Of a stretch of DNA of 64,000 nt, positions 9,125-18,089 are shown piece after piece. The stretch comes from Chloroflexota bacterium (GTDB taxonomy: Bacteria > Chloroflexota > Chloroflexia > Thermomicrobiales > UBA6265), in contig JAEWEG010000045.1 of the NCBI GenBank assembly GCA_023389575.1, positions 13,230 through 77,229 of the forward strand, read 5' to 3'. Made by a program: the position numbers and the translations under genes. Position 1 is the first letter of the stretch, and every line of letters begins with the position of its first letter. The notes beneath the pieces are model-generated. The model saw nothing but the letters and a program-made list of their open reading frames with translations. It had not been told where the DNA came from and did no database searches.

Positions 9125-10495
9125 ATGTCGTCTTCCTGGTTTCCCAATCGAAAGGTCCCAATCCAATTGGCTGGCTTAGAGCTTGTCATCGTCCTGCTGT
9201 TGATCATCCTCAATGGCGTATTCGCGATGTCCGAGCTGGCAATCGTATCCTCCCGCACCTCTCGGCTCCAGTCCCGGGCCGATGAAGGTAGCAGCGGCGC
9301 CAGGGCCGCGCTCAAGCTCGCTCAGGACCCATCCCGATTCCTCTCCACGGTCCAGATCGGCATCACGCTGATCGGCATCGTCACCGGCGCCTTCGGTGGC
9401 GCCCGGCTGGCCGGGCCGTTCTCCGACTTCCTCGAAAAGATTCCAGGCGTCGGCTCCTACATCGCCCAACTCAGCCTTCCCCTCATGATCGCCTTCATCA
9501 CCTACCTCTCCCTCATCGTCGGAGAGCTGGTGCCGAAGCGACTGGCGCTCCAGAACCCGGAGGCCATCGCGACGCTGGTGGCCCCTGGCATGGCGCTGCT
9601 GTCCAAAATCACCGCCCCGTTGGTCGCGTTCCTGGCTATTTCCGGCGACTTCCTGATTCGCGTGCTTGGGGTGAAGGCCTCGACCGAACCGGAAGTGACG
9701 GAAGAAGAGATCCAGCTCATGCTCCGCGAAGGCGCGGACGCCGGCGTGTTCGAGGAGTACGAGCACCGCATGGTGACCGGCATCTTCGATATCGGAGATC
9801 GAACCGCCAGCGAGCTGATGACCCCCCGCCATCGCATCGAGTTCCTCGACCTCGCGGCCGGGGCGGAGCACAACCTGAACGTCATGCGGGAGTCGCCGCA
9901 CAATTTCTACCCGGTCTGCGAAGGCTCCACCGATAACGTCGTTGGCGTCATTTCCACTCGGGAACTCTGGCGGCGTTCGATCAGCGGCGAGCCCACGGAC
10001 ATCCGCGAGGCGATGGTTCCCGCGCTCTTCGTCCCGGAGATCGCGCCGATCGTGAAGGTCATCGACATGATGCGCCACCAATCGGCGTCGATGGCCGTGG
10101 TTGTCGACGAGTACGGCGGTATCGAGGGGCTGCTCACCTTCAACGACGTGCTTTCCGACCTCGTCGGGGAAATTGACGATCCTGATCGCACGAACATCCG
10201 CGGCGGTGTCCGCCGGGACGACGGCTCCTGGTTGTTCGACGGCATCTTCCCGGTTCACGAATTGCGGGAAATCCTCGACATCGAGTCGCTCCCTGGCGAG
10301 GAAGAGGGCCGCTACGAGACCCTTGGCGGATTCGTCATGGACCAACTCGGGAACATCCCCGATGCCGCCGATTCGTTCGTCTTCGAGTCATTCCGGTTCG
10401 AGGTCGTCGACATGGACGGCATCCGGATCGACAAGGTACTGGTCTCGCCGGTCACCTCGGGAGCGGCCGACGCTCCGCAAACCGGCGACGACTGA
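9125..10495 (+). CDS. Hemolysin-family / CNNM-CorC type membrane protein (DUF21-CBS pair-CorC_HlyC)
   Basis: N-terminal DUF21 helices (LNGVFAMSELAIVSSR), a CBS region, and a C-terminal CorC/HlyC-type domain (FRFEVVDMDGIRIDKVLV). Start uncertain: ATG 9125 or TTG 9167 after GAAAGG. Confidence 0.8.
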   Translation: MSSSWFPNRKVPIQLAGLELVIVLLLIILNGVFAMSELAIVSSRTSRLQSRADEGSSGARAALKLAQDPSRFLSTVQIGITLIGIVTGAFGGARLAGPFSDFLEKIPGVGSYIAQLSLPLMIAFITYLSLIVGELVPKRLALQNPEAIATLVAPGMALLSKITAPLVAFLAISGDFLIRVLGVKASTEPEVTEEEIQLMLREGADAGVFEEYEHRMVTGIFDIGDRTASELMTPRHRIEFLDLAAGAEHNLNVMRESPHNFYPVCEGSTDNVVGVISTRELWRRSISGEPTDIREAMVPALFVPEIAPIVKVIDMMRHQSASMAVVVDEYGGIEGLLTFNDVLSDLVGEIDDPDRTNIRGGVRRDDGSWLFDGIFPVHELREILDIESLPGEEEGRYETLGGFVMDQLGNIPDAADSFVFESFRFEVVDMDGIRIDKVLVSPVTSGAADAPQTGDD

Positions 10496-10510
10496 CCTCT
10501 GCGGCCGGGA

Positions 10511-12046
10511 TCAGCGCGCTTCCGGCGGAGGCGTGGTCTTCCGCCTGGACCAGATCGAGGCCCACGTTCGCCGCGCGAACTCCGCGTCGCCAGGATCCGT
10601 CGTTTCGCCGTAGCGAGCGCGGTCGTACTGCTCCGGCAACTCAACGAGCGGCGCTCCCAGCCCCGTCCAGTGCGCCCGCAGGCGCGCGGCGAACTCGGTC
10701 GCCGTCTCGTCGGAACGCCGCTCCTCTCCCTGCCGCCGCGCCAGGACCTCCAGGTACATCATCGTCTCCCGGACATCCGCTGGAGGCTGGTCGAGGTCCA
10801 GGCGTTGCGGCTTGCCCTCGCGGTGCCGTCTCCGGAACAGGTCGCGGAGTTGCTGGCGCGCGAGGTCGGTCGAGAACACCGAGTCGCGATGCTCGTCCAC
10901 GTCTCCATCGTCATCGTCCCCACTCGGACGGCGGGTCAGCCGGAACAGGATGATCGCCACCGCCGTCACCACCGCGACCAGGCCAGCCCAGCGCAGGAGG
11001 ATGGCGTATTGCCACGTACCAGTCTCCTCGTCGCGCACCTGCATCTCATCCATGTCGAAGCCCTGCTGCACGGGCATCTCCGGCGCCTCCACCGGGCCGA
11101 ACATGTCGCCGAAGATGGCGGACAGCAAACGTCCAATCACGGAAGCGATCTGGAAGACGGCCCAAATCACGGCGTAGAGGATGTACGCGAGAATCAGTCC
11201 GATGAAGCGGGCCACCGTGGCCATCCCGTCGACGATTGCCTCCAGCGCACCCGGGCTGAGCAGTGCCAGCACGATGGTCGAGATCAGGAGGATCCCGACC
11301 GTGAACCCGCCCACCAGCCGCAGCCACCGGCCCCATCCTGGAGCGGTGCCGCCACGCCTGATGGCGATCCTCCGCGTCACCTCCGTCTCAGCTCCGGCGA
11401 TCAGCGCCAGGCTCACGATCAACTGGAGCGGCACCGCGATCCTCGCCGCGCCGAGCGCGTCCGACCCCGCCTCGCCGCCGATCAGCGCCGCCAAGAGCAC
11501 GGACCCGAACAGCACGATCCAGTCGCGCTGCACGACCGTCCGCATTTCCTCGGCCGAAATGTTCACGATATCGACCGCGTAGGTCATGCCGGTCCACCAC
11601 ACCGCCATCGAAATCAGCAGCGGCGGAATCAGCCAGGCTTCGGACTGCACGAGTTGTCCCGGGTTGGACCAGAAGGTCGTGCTGTCATAGGCGGGATCGA
11701 TCCAGATCCACCCCAGCCAGGTGATGCCCCACGCGATGAACGTCACGATCTGCGCCAGGGTGGCCGAAATCTTCCATCGCCCAATGAAGCGGTTGGTCCA
11801 GAACGAAATCAGGAAGATCACCGCGATCGCGCCCGGCCACGGAGCCGGATGCCCGTTCGACAGCCCAAACGTCTCGCCAAGAAACAGCTTGATCAGCAGC
11901 GAGAACGCCGCCGCGTGAAGCGTTCCGACCAGGACCGGGATCATGATCAGCATCGGCCAGGAGTGTTTCAGCGACTGCCGCCGAAGGGCCTGGTCGCGCC
12001 CCTTCGTGTTCTTGCTCGCGTCGCTGTTATAGGCGGGGTCGAACAT
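10511..12046 (-). CDS. Polytopic membrane protein with C-terminal DUF4129-like domain
   Basis: Many hydrophobic helices. The C-terminal cytoplasmic tail has a DUF4129-type pattern (TATEFAARL...YDRARYGE). The start lies 4 nt after the DUF58 gene stop. Confidence 0.6.
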   Translation of the reverse strand: MFDPAYNSDASKNTKGRDQALRRQSLKHSWPMLIMIPVLVGTLHAAAFSLLIKLFLGETFGLSNGHPAPWPGAIAVIFLISFWTNRFIGRWKISATLAQIVTFIAWGITWLGWIWIDPAYDSTTFWSNPGQLVQSEAWLIPPLLISMAVWWTGMTYAVDIVNISAEEMRTVVQRDWIVLFGSVLLAALIGGEAGSDALGAARIAVPLQLIVSLALIAGAETEVTRRIAIRRGGTAPGWGRWLRLVGGFTVGILLISTIVLALLSPGALEAIVDGMATVARFIGLILAYILYAVIWAVFQIASVIGRLLSAIFGDMFGPVEAPEMPVQQGFDMDEMQVRDEETGTWQYAILLRWAGLVAVVTAVAIILFRLTRRPSGDDDDGDVDEHRDSVFSTDLARQQLRDLFRRRHREGKPQRLDLDQPPADVRETMMYLEVLARRQGEERRSDETATEFAARLRAHWTGLGAPLVELPEQYDRARYGETTDPGDAEFARRTWASIWSRRKTTPPPEAR

Positions 12047-12050
12047 GATG

Positions 12051-13385
12051 CTATCCCACCCTCGTCATCACGATGCTCTCGATCGAATCCCACGCTTCCT
12101 CGTCGGAGAGGTGATAGACCGGTATCCGCCGCCGGATTTCTGGCAGCAGTTGCGGCTGCGCGCCAATCCCGATGATCACGAATCGTTGGGAACCACTGTT
12201 GCGCGCCAGCCGGATCAGGGAGCGTTGCAACCCCTCGGTCACCCGGCACGTCAGGATCACCACGGTCGCGCCCCACGGCAACCGGGGCATCTCCTCCACC
12301 ACCATCCGCTCGATCCTGTCCCCGAAGGCTGGAACCAGCGTCGCCAGGTCTTCGAGGATGCGGGTGAGCTGGCCAGGACGTCGCCCGGGCGGAACCCGCA
12401 CCGTCCGCGACTTGTTGGGAATCGGCGCGTTCGCGAACAGCCCCACCTGGTGCTTGCCTTGCAGCAACTGGTTGGAGAGCGAGGCCGCCGCCGTAACCGC
12501 GAGTTCCAGCAACGCCGAGTTCTGTCCCTCCCACAGGTAGGAGAAGGTGATCGTGTCCAGGAACACGGCCGCCACCGGCGAGGCGCTTGGCTCGTACACC
12601 CGCGTCTGCATCACCCCCGTTCGCGCCGTCGCTCGCCAGTGAATCCGCTTCGGGCTGTCGCCCGGCACATATTCGCGCACGCCCGCCATGCGCATTGGGT
12701 CCTCGATCACGGATTGCTCCGGCTTGAAATCGCCGTAGGGCTGGCGGGGCGGAACCACCAGGTCCGTTATCGGAACCACCCGCGGATACACCAGGAATCG
12801 CGCTTCGCCACCGATCTCCTCGCGCCGGGCGACCAGTCCCAGCGGATCGCTGGCCACGGCCGTCGCCGGGCCGAACCGGTGCCAGCCACGAAGGTGGCAG
12901 GGAACGCGATACGTGTACTGCACGCGCTCGTACATGCCCAGGCTGTACACCGTCCGCAGGATGCGGCTGTTGCCGTGGTCGCTGCGTTCAAGTTCACGGC
13001 CCACCACGTTCACGTTGCCCGTCACCAGATCGGCGATATCCAGCCGGGAAAGTGGCAAGGGCTTGGCGTTGGTCGCCGAAAGCTCCACTTCCACCACGTC
13101 ACCGAAGAACGCCCGCTCCCGCGACACTCGGCGTTCGTAGGTCAACCCGCGCAGGCTGTTGTCCCACCACACTCGGGTCAACAGGCCAACCAGCGCGATC
13201 CCGAGCGCGATCAGCCCAAGCACCGGCTGCCGCAGGATGGCCGCCAGGAACCCGACCACCAGGGCCACGCCAAGCCAGCGTCCGGTGTCGATCCCCACAT
13301 CGGGGTTGCTGAGCCATTCCGCCACCGACTGGATGCGTTGCTTCAACGCCGCCCCGGTTCCGCGCGTATTCCCGGACATCTGCAT
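12051..13385 (-). CDS. DUF58 domain protein (vWA-like, MoxR partner)
   Basis: Two N-terminal TM helices, then VREYVPGDSPKRIHWRATAR (DUF58 signature). The start lies 5 nt after the MoxR stop. Confidence 0.8.
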   Translation of the reverse strand: MQMSGNTRGTGAALKQRIQSVAEWLSNPDVGIDTGRWLGVALVVGFLAAILRQPVLGLIALGIALVGLLTRVWWDNSLRGLTYERRVSRERAFFGDVVEVELSATNAKPLPLSRLDIADLVTGNVNVVGRELERSDHGNSRILRTVYSLGMYERVQYTYRVPCHLRGWHRFGPATAVASDPLGLVARREEIGGEARFLVYPRVVPITDLVVPPRQPYGDFKPEQSVIEDPMRMAGVREYVPGDSPKRIHWRATARTGVMQTRVYEPSASPVAAVFLDTITFSYLWEGQNSALLELAVTAAASLSNQLLQGKHQVGLFANAPIPNKSRTVRVPPGRRPGQLTRILEDLATLVPAFGDRIERMVVEEMPRLPWGATVVILTCRVTEGLQRSLIRLARNSGSQRFVIIGIGAQPQLLPEIRRRIPVYHLSDEEAWDSIESIVMTRVG

Positions 13386-13390
13386 CGAAA

Positions 13391-14365
13391 CTACACCGCC
13401 CGAACTTCCTCGACCGGCACCGGGGTTTCGCCAATCACGGTCTCAATCAGGCCTTCGTTCGAGTTCCCGAGCAGGTCGGATTGCGAGGTTGGCATGATGC
13501 GGTGGGCCAGCACCGACGGCGCCATCTCGCGCACGTCGTCGGGAGTGGCGAACGCCCGTCCGTGCAGGGCGGCCCGTGCCTGCGTCGCTCGCGATAGCGC
13601 CAGCGAGGCACGCGGGCTCGCGCCGACCTCGATCCCCTCGTGGGCGCGGGTCCGGCGCACCAGGTCGAGCAGGTAGTCCTCCACCGCCACGCCGATATGG
13701 ACCTGCTTCACGAGGCCAATCAGTTCGAGGATTTCCTCCGGCGTCGTCACGGCCTTCACCGACGAGAGCGGCGTGTCGTTCCGGAACCGCCGGAGCATGT
13801 TGCGCTCATGCTCGAGCTCCGGGTACCCAATCGTTGTCCGCAGCAGGAAGCGGTCGAGTTGCGCCTCGGGCAGCGGGAACGTTCCTTCCAGTTCCACCGG
13901 GTTTTGCGTGGCCAGCACGAAGAACGGACGTGGAAGCACCACCCGCTCGCGTTCCACCGAGATCTGGCGCTCCTCCATCGCCTCCAGCAACGCCGACTGC
14001 GTGCGAGGTCCGGCCCGGTTGATTTCGTCCGCCAGCAGGATATTGGTGACGATCGGCCCCTGGCGATAGGAGAATTCGGCGCTGCGTGGATCGAACACCA
14101 GCGAACCGGTGATATCCGATGGCAGCAAGTCAGGCGTGAACTGCACGCGTCCGAAATCCCCGCCCAGCGAGGACGCCACCGACCGCGCGAGCATGGTCTT
14201 GCCGATGCCTGGCACATCCTCCAGCAGTACGTGGCCCTCGCACAGGATGGCGATCACCACCTGCTCGATCACCGACCGCTTGCCGACGATGACCTTCTCC
14301 ACCTGGTCGATGATCCGCGATGCCACATCCTGGATACGCGACGGCGCTGCCGTGTCCATGGTCAT
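13391..14365 (-). CDS. MoxR-family AAA+ ATPase
   Basis: Walker A in LLEDVPGIGKTMLA, Walker B in ILLADEINRA, and LATQNPVELEGTFPLPEAQLDRF. Confidence 0.9.
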   Translation of the reverse strand: MTMDTAAPSRIQDVASRIIDQVEKVIVGKRSVIEQVVIAILCEGHVLLEDVPGIGKTMLARSVASSLGGDFGRVQFTPDLLPSDITGSLVFDPRSAEFSYRQGPIVTNILLADEINRAGPRTQSALLEAMEERQISVERERVVLPRPFFVLATQNPVELEGTFPLPEAQLDRFLLRTTIGYPELEHERNMLRRFRNDTPLSSVKAVTTPEEILELIGLVKQVHIGVAVEDYLLDLVRRTRAHEGIEVGASPRASLALSRATQARAALHGRAFATPDDVREMAPSVLAHRIMPTSQSDLLGNSNEGLIETVIGETPVPVEEVRAV

Positions 14366-14626
14366 GTTCCTGGGCCCCTTTCACCCTTGTGTTTCATGCG
14401 GGCAGTGTACCGCACGGCTCCGGGCGTACCCGCGTCGCCAGTGTTGACGTCGCGCCAGTATTACAGGCATCGCCGTCACGCACCAGCGTTCCGGTCACCA
14501 ACTGGTTGCCCGCGTGTACCTTTTCGTCCGGCGCGATCCAAGTATCCCCATCATCACCGCGAACCCCACTCCCATGTATCATCCGTTCATCGTCGAACTC
14601 GGTCGCGCTATCGGAAACAAGGATCC

Positions 14627-15217
14627 ATGTCCCAAACCCCATCCACAACCGCGCCGAATGCGGCGCTCCCCACGCTCGTCATCGTCTGCGGGCTGCCCGC
14701 CACTGGCAAGACGACCATCGCGACCGAACTGCGGGACCTGCTTGGCTGGCCCCTGTTCGCCAAGGACGCCATCAAGGAACTGCTCTTCGACAGCAGCGGT
14801 CTGGCGCCGGAAGAGGCCACCCGGCAGGTATCGACACGGTTCGGCAGGCAGGCCATCGCCCTCCTCCTGGATATCTCCCGCGAGGTTATCAAGTCCGGCG
14901 GATCCTGCATCGTCGAGGCGAACTTCCTCCCGAACCTCGCCCACCAGGACCTGCAACCCCTGGCCGCCTTCGCGCAACTCCGCCAGGTGCACTGCACCAT
15001 TCCCGACGACCTCGTGATCGAACGTTACAAGGAGCGGTCGAAAGCGGGAGAGCGTCATCCCATCCACGCCGACGACGACGCGGTGGAGGATCTTGTCGAA
15101 CGCATCAAGGAAGGCGGCGGGCGGCCACTGCCCCTCGATGCCCCGCTCCTCCAGGTGGACGCCACCGACGGCTACGATCCAGGAATCTCCGAGGTCGTGG
15201 AGTTCTGCCGCGCCTGA
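14627..15217 (+). CDS. P-loop kinase-like ATP-binding protein (AAA_33-like)
   Basis: Only the last 196 codons of the 525-codon ORF-track frame look real. They start at ATG 14627 (MSQTP...) with a P-loop CGLPATGKTT. The upstream part is antisense to moxR. Confidence 0.65.
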   Translation: MSQTPSTTAPNAALPTLVIVCGLPATGKTTIATELRDLLGWPLFAKDAIKELLFDSSGLAPEEATRQVSTRFGRQAIALLLDISREVIKSGGSCIVEANFLPNLAHQDLQPLAAFAQLRQVHCTIPDDLVIERYKERSKAGERHPIHADDDAVEDLVERIKEGGGRPLPLDAPLLQVDATDGYDPGISEVVEFCRA

Positions 15218-15246
15218 CGCCGGACAGTGCCCGGTGCGACGAACGC

Positions 15247-15273
15247 GGAAAAGCGCCCTGATGGGCGCCTTCC
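15247..15273. terminator. Imperfect hairpin after the kinase-like gene
   Basis: GGAAAAGCGCCC-tgat-GGGCGCCTTCC (one bulge), followed by TGCTGTTTCC on the + strand. Confidence 0.45.
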
Positions 15274-15315
15274 TGCTGTTTCCGTATCGGTTGTAAATGC
15301 CTGTCAAGACTTCGA

Positions 15316-15459
15316 CTACGCGCGGGCTCCGGCGACGTCTCCCTCGGGCATCCGGACCGGCTCGTCGGAGGTGACCGGCGTGGAGGTCGAGGCATCCGGC
15401 ATGGCGAGCCAGGCGAGCATGAGAATGGCGAAGCAGGCGAATGCGATGAAGAGCAACAT
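15316..15459 (-). CDS. Candidate 47-aa hydrophobic small protein
   Basis: ATG 15459 follows GGGAGATTCACCC. The product is MLLFIAFACFAILMLAWLAMPD..., one predicted TM helix plus an acidic/Pro-rich tail. No family recognised, and it could be non-coding. Confidence 0.3.
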   Translation of the reverse strand: MLLFIAFACFAILMLAWLAMPDASTSTPVTSDEPVRMPEGDVAGARA

Positions 15460-15497
15460 GGGTGAATCTCCCTGGGGCCTTCGCCCCTGTTCCTGGT

Positions 15498-15527
15498 GGA
15501 TGGAAGGTTGTCGCCAACCTTCCATCC
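15498..15527 (-). terminator. Strong stem-loop 22 nt downstream of the amt stop
   Basis: GGATGGAAGGTTG-tcgc-CAACCTTCCATCC: perfect 13-bp stem, 4-nt loop, no U-tract. Confidence 0.55.
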
Positions 15528-15549
15528 CGTACGACAAACCAATCGAGGA

Positions 15550-16770
15550 CTAGAGTTGGTAAGCGACTTCTCCGTGCTGCGAGGAGTCGAGGCCGAGAAC
15601 TTCCGCTTCTTCTTCCACCCGAACCGGGATCACCAGGTCGATGGCCTTGAGGATGATGAAGGTCATGGCGCCAGCGAACACGATGGCCGCCGCCGTCGCG
15701 ACGATCTGGTACCAGAGCTGCGCCGGGTTGCCGAAGAACAGACCGTCCACGCCGCCGAACGCCTCATCCGCGAACAGTCCCGTGGCGATCGCGCCCCAGA
15801 TACCACCGACGCCATGAACCGCGAACACATCCAGCGCGTCGTCGATCTTGAGCCGCTGCTTGAGCAGGTCCACCGTGAAGAAGCAGAGGACGCCCGCCCC
15901 GAAACCGATCACGATCGCCGAGGCCGGTCCCACGAAGCCCGCCGCCGGAGTGATGCCGACGAGGCCCGCGATCGCGCCAGCCGCGGCACCGAGCACGCTT
16001 GGGTGTCCATGGCGCATCCAGGAAACGGTCATCCAGGTCAGGGCGCCCATCGCGGCGGCAACGTTCGTCACCACGAACGCCGTCGCCGCCTGGGTGCCGG
16101 CCGAAAGCGCGCTTCCAGCGTTGAATCCGAACCAGCCAAACCACAGGAGGCCAGCGCCAAGCACCGTCAGTGTCAGGTTGTGCGGGTCGGTTTCCTTCGT
16201 GCCGAAGGTCTTGCGGCGTCCGAGGTACATTGCCGCGACCAGCGCCGCCACGCCGGACGAAATGTGGATGACCGTGCCGCCGGCGAAGTCGATCGCGCCG
16301 AGTTCGGCCAGCCAGCCACCGCCCCACACCCAGTGGGCCAGCGGAGCATAGACGAGGGTCGACCACAGGATGCTGAAGACAACGAACGCCTTGAACCGCT
16401 TGCGTTCGGCGAACGCGCCAGTGATCAGCGCCGGGGTGATCGCCGCGAACATCATCTGGAAGGCGATGAAGGCGTACACCGGAATGCCGTAGCCTTCCAT
16501 CACATCGCCGGGATTGATGCCCCTCAGGCCGATGTGATCGAGCCCGCCGATGAAGCCGCCCTTATCGGGACCCAGCGCCAGGGTGTAGCCCCACAGCACC
16601 CACACCACGCTAATCAATGCGAGAATGAAAAAGCTGTGCATCAGGGTGGAGAGAACGTTCTTGCGGTTGACCAGGCCGCCGTAGAAAAAACCAAGCGCCG
16701 GGGTCATCAGCATCACCAGTGCCGCCGACATTAGTACCCAGGCTGTGTTACCCGCATCGATCATGAACAT
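15550..16770 (-). CDS. amt: Ammonium transporter (Amt family)
   Basis: About 11 TM helices. Amt signatures IDFAGGTVIHISSG and VFAVHGVGGIWGAI. Confidence 0.9.
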   Translation of the reverse strand: MFMIDAGNTAWVLMSAALVMLMTPALGFFYGGLVNRKNVLSTLMHSFFILALISVVWVLWGYTLALGPDKGGFIGGLDHIGLRGINPGDVMEGYGIPVYAFIAFQMMFAAITPALITGAFAERKRFKAFVVFSILWSTLVYAPLAHWVWGGGWLAELGAIDFAGGTVIHISSGVAALVAAMYLGRRKTFGTKETDPHNLTLTVLGAGLLWFGWFGFNAGSALSAGTQAATAFVVTNVAAAMGALTWMTVSWMRHGHPSVLGAAAGAIAGLVGITPAAGFVGPASAIVIGFGAGVLCFFTVDLLKQRLKIDDALDVFAVHGVGGIWGAIATGLFADEAFGGVDGLFFGNPAQLWYQIVATAAAIVFAGAMTFIILKAIDLVIPVRVEEEAEVLGLDSSQHGEVAYQL

Positions 16771-17126
16771 CCCCCTCCGGAATGTGAACCGCCGCCACCG
16801 AAGTGCTCAGCCCTTACCCGCTAGTGCCCGCTTTGCACAATTCACACCTCAGCGTGTGGTCTGTTCGCAGTGTAAAAAGGGGCCAATATCGGCAACTAGG
16901 TGCAGGTTCCACCAATCGAAACGAGAAAACTGTGCGACTTGCACATGAACGAACCACAAATTCGCACAACCAGCGGAAACCTGGCCGATAACGGCCCGAA
17001 TCCACGTGGAACACGGGCCCTGGCACGGAACACAGTCCGTCGATCTGTATCCCGAGCACAAACGGTCCGGGGCGGGAGATTCGAGTCCGGATCGCGCGGG
17101 TAGTGAGTGAAAGGAACTTTCGAACG

Positions 17127-18062
17127 ATGACGTCAACCACCGCCCTGTCGGGCGTCATGCCGATCGCGCCAACCACCTTCGCCGATGACGAATCACTCGA
17201 CCTTGCCAGCCAGCGCCGGGCGCTGGAGTTCCTGGTCGATGCCGGGGTCGACGCGATCTGCATCCTCGCCAACTACTCCGAACAGTTCGCGCTCACCGAT
17301 CGCGAGCGTGACGAGTTGCAGGATCTCGCGTTCGACCAGGTCGCCGGCCGGGTCCCCATCATCGTCACCACCAGCCACTACAGTGCCCGGATCGCGGCGG
17401 AGCGCAGCAAGCGCGCCGAGGATGCCGGAGCCGCCATGGTCATGGTGATGCCGCCCTATCACGGCGCAACGCTCCGCGCCGAACCCGCCGGGGTCACCAG
17501 CTACTTCGAAACCATCGCGTCGGCCATTTCGATCCCGATCATGATCCAGGACGCGCCCATGAGCGGAACACCGCTCTCGGCGGACTACCTGGCCCAGCTC
17601 GCCCTCGATATCCCGAACGTGCAATACGCCAAGGTCGAATCGGCCGCCGCGGCGGCGAAGATCCGCGCCATGATCCAGCTCGCCGGGGACGCCCTGCCGG
17701 GGCCGTTCGACGGCGAGGAGAGCATCACGCTCATCCCCGACCTGGAAGCGGGGGCGACCGGCACCATGCCAAGCTCGATGATTCCGGAAGTCCTAGGTGA
17801 GGTCGTCCGTCTCTGGCTCGCGGGTGACCGTGAGCGGGCCACGTCCATCTGGGAGTCCTGGCTTCCGATGATCCACTACGAGAATCGTCAGTGCGGGCTT
17901 CGCGCCACCAAGATCCTGATGAAGGAGGGCGGCATCATTGATAGCGAGGCCACCCGCGCGCCATTCGGCCCGGTGCCGCCCGCAATCCGTGAAGGGCTGA
18001 TCGCCCACGCCCGCCGCCGCGATCCGATGATCCTTTCGTGGCGCGAGCAATTCGCCGGATAG
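17127..18062 (+). CDS. Dihydrodipicolinate synthase-family (class I) aldolase, likely 2-keto-3-deoxy sugar-acid aldolase
   Basis: ATG 17127 follows AAAGGA. DHDPS-family pattern: GVMPIAPTTF, VDAICILANYSE, and YAKVE (Schiff-base Lys context). Confidence 0.8.
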   Translation: MTSTTALSGVMPIAPTTFADDESLDLASQRRALEFLVDAGVDAICILANYSEQFALTDRERDELQDLAFDQVAGRVPIIVTTSHYSARIAAERSKRAEDAGAAMVMVMPPYHGATLRAEPAGVTSYFETIASAISIPIMIQDAPMSGTPLSADYLAQLALDIPNVQYAKVESAAAAAKIRAMIQLAGDALPGPFDGEESITLIPDLEAGATGTMPSSMIPEVLGEVVRLWLAGDRERATSIWESWLPMIHYENRQCGLRATKILMKEGGIIDSEATRAPFGPVPPAIREGLIAHARRRDPMILSWREQFAG

Positions 18063-18089
18063 TTCACAGTAAGTACGCCAGGAGTCTCC

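Noticed and set aside
13640-14626. The first 329 codons of the 525-codon + strand ORF 13640-15217.
   Set aside because: This part is antisense to the well-supported moxR gene and has no motifs. Only the segment from ATG 14627 (P-loop protein) looks genuine.
13391-15217. The MoxR AAA+ ATPase and the adjacent P-loop protein as a phage-defence module.
   Set aside because: MoxR is in its canonical DUF58-containing operon. The P-loop gene is divergent and small. No nuclease, effector or other defence-associated domain is present.
17060-17100. A tRNA-like TTCGAGTCC string that suggests a T-loop.
   Set aside because: The flanking bases (GGAGA / CCGGA) cannot form a T-stem, and no acceptor or anticodon arms can be drawn. 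It is not a tRNA.
16771-17126. Sigma-54 (-24/-12), NtcA (GTA-N8-TAC) or actinobacterial GlnR boxes upstream of amt.
   Set aside because: Reading both strands by eye gave no match with correct spacing. Only the unassigned TTGCACA repeats and short palindromes are reported as a finding.
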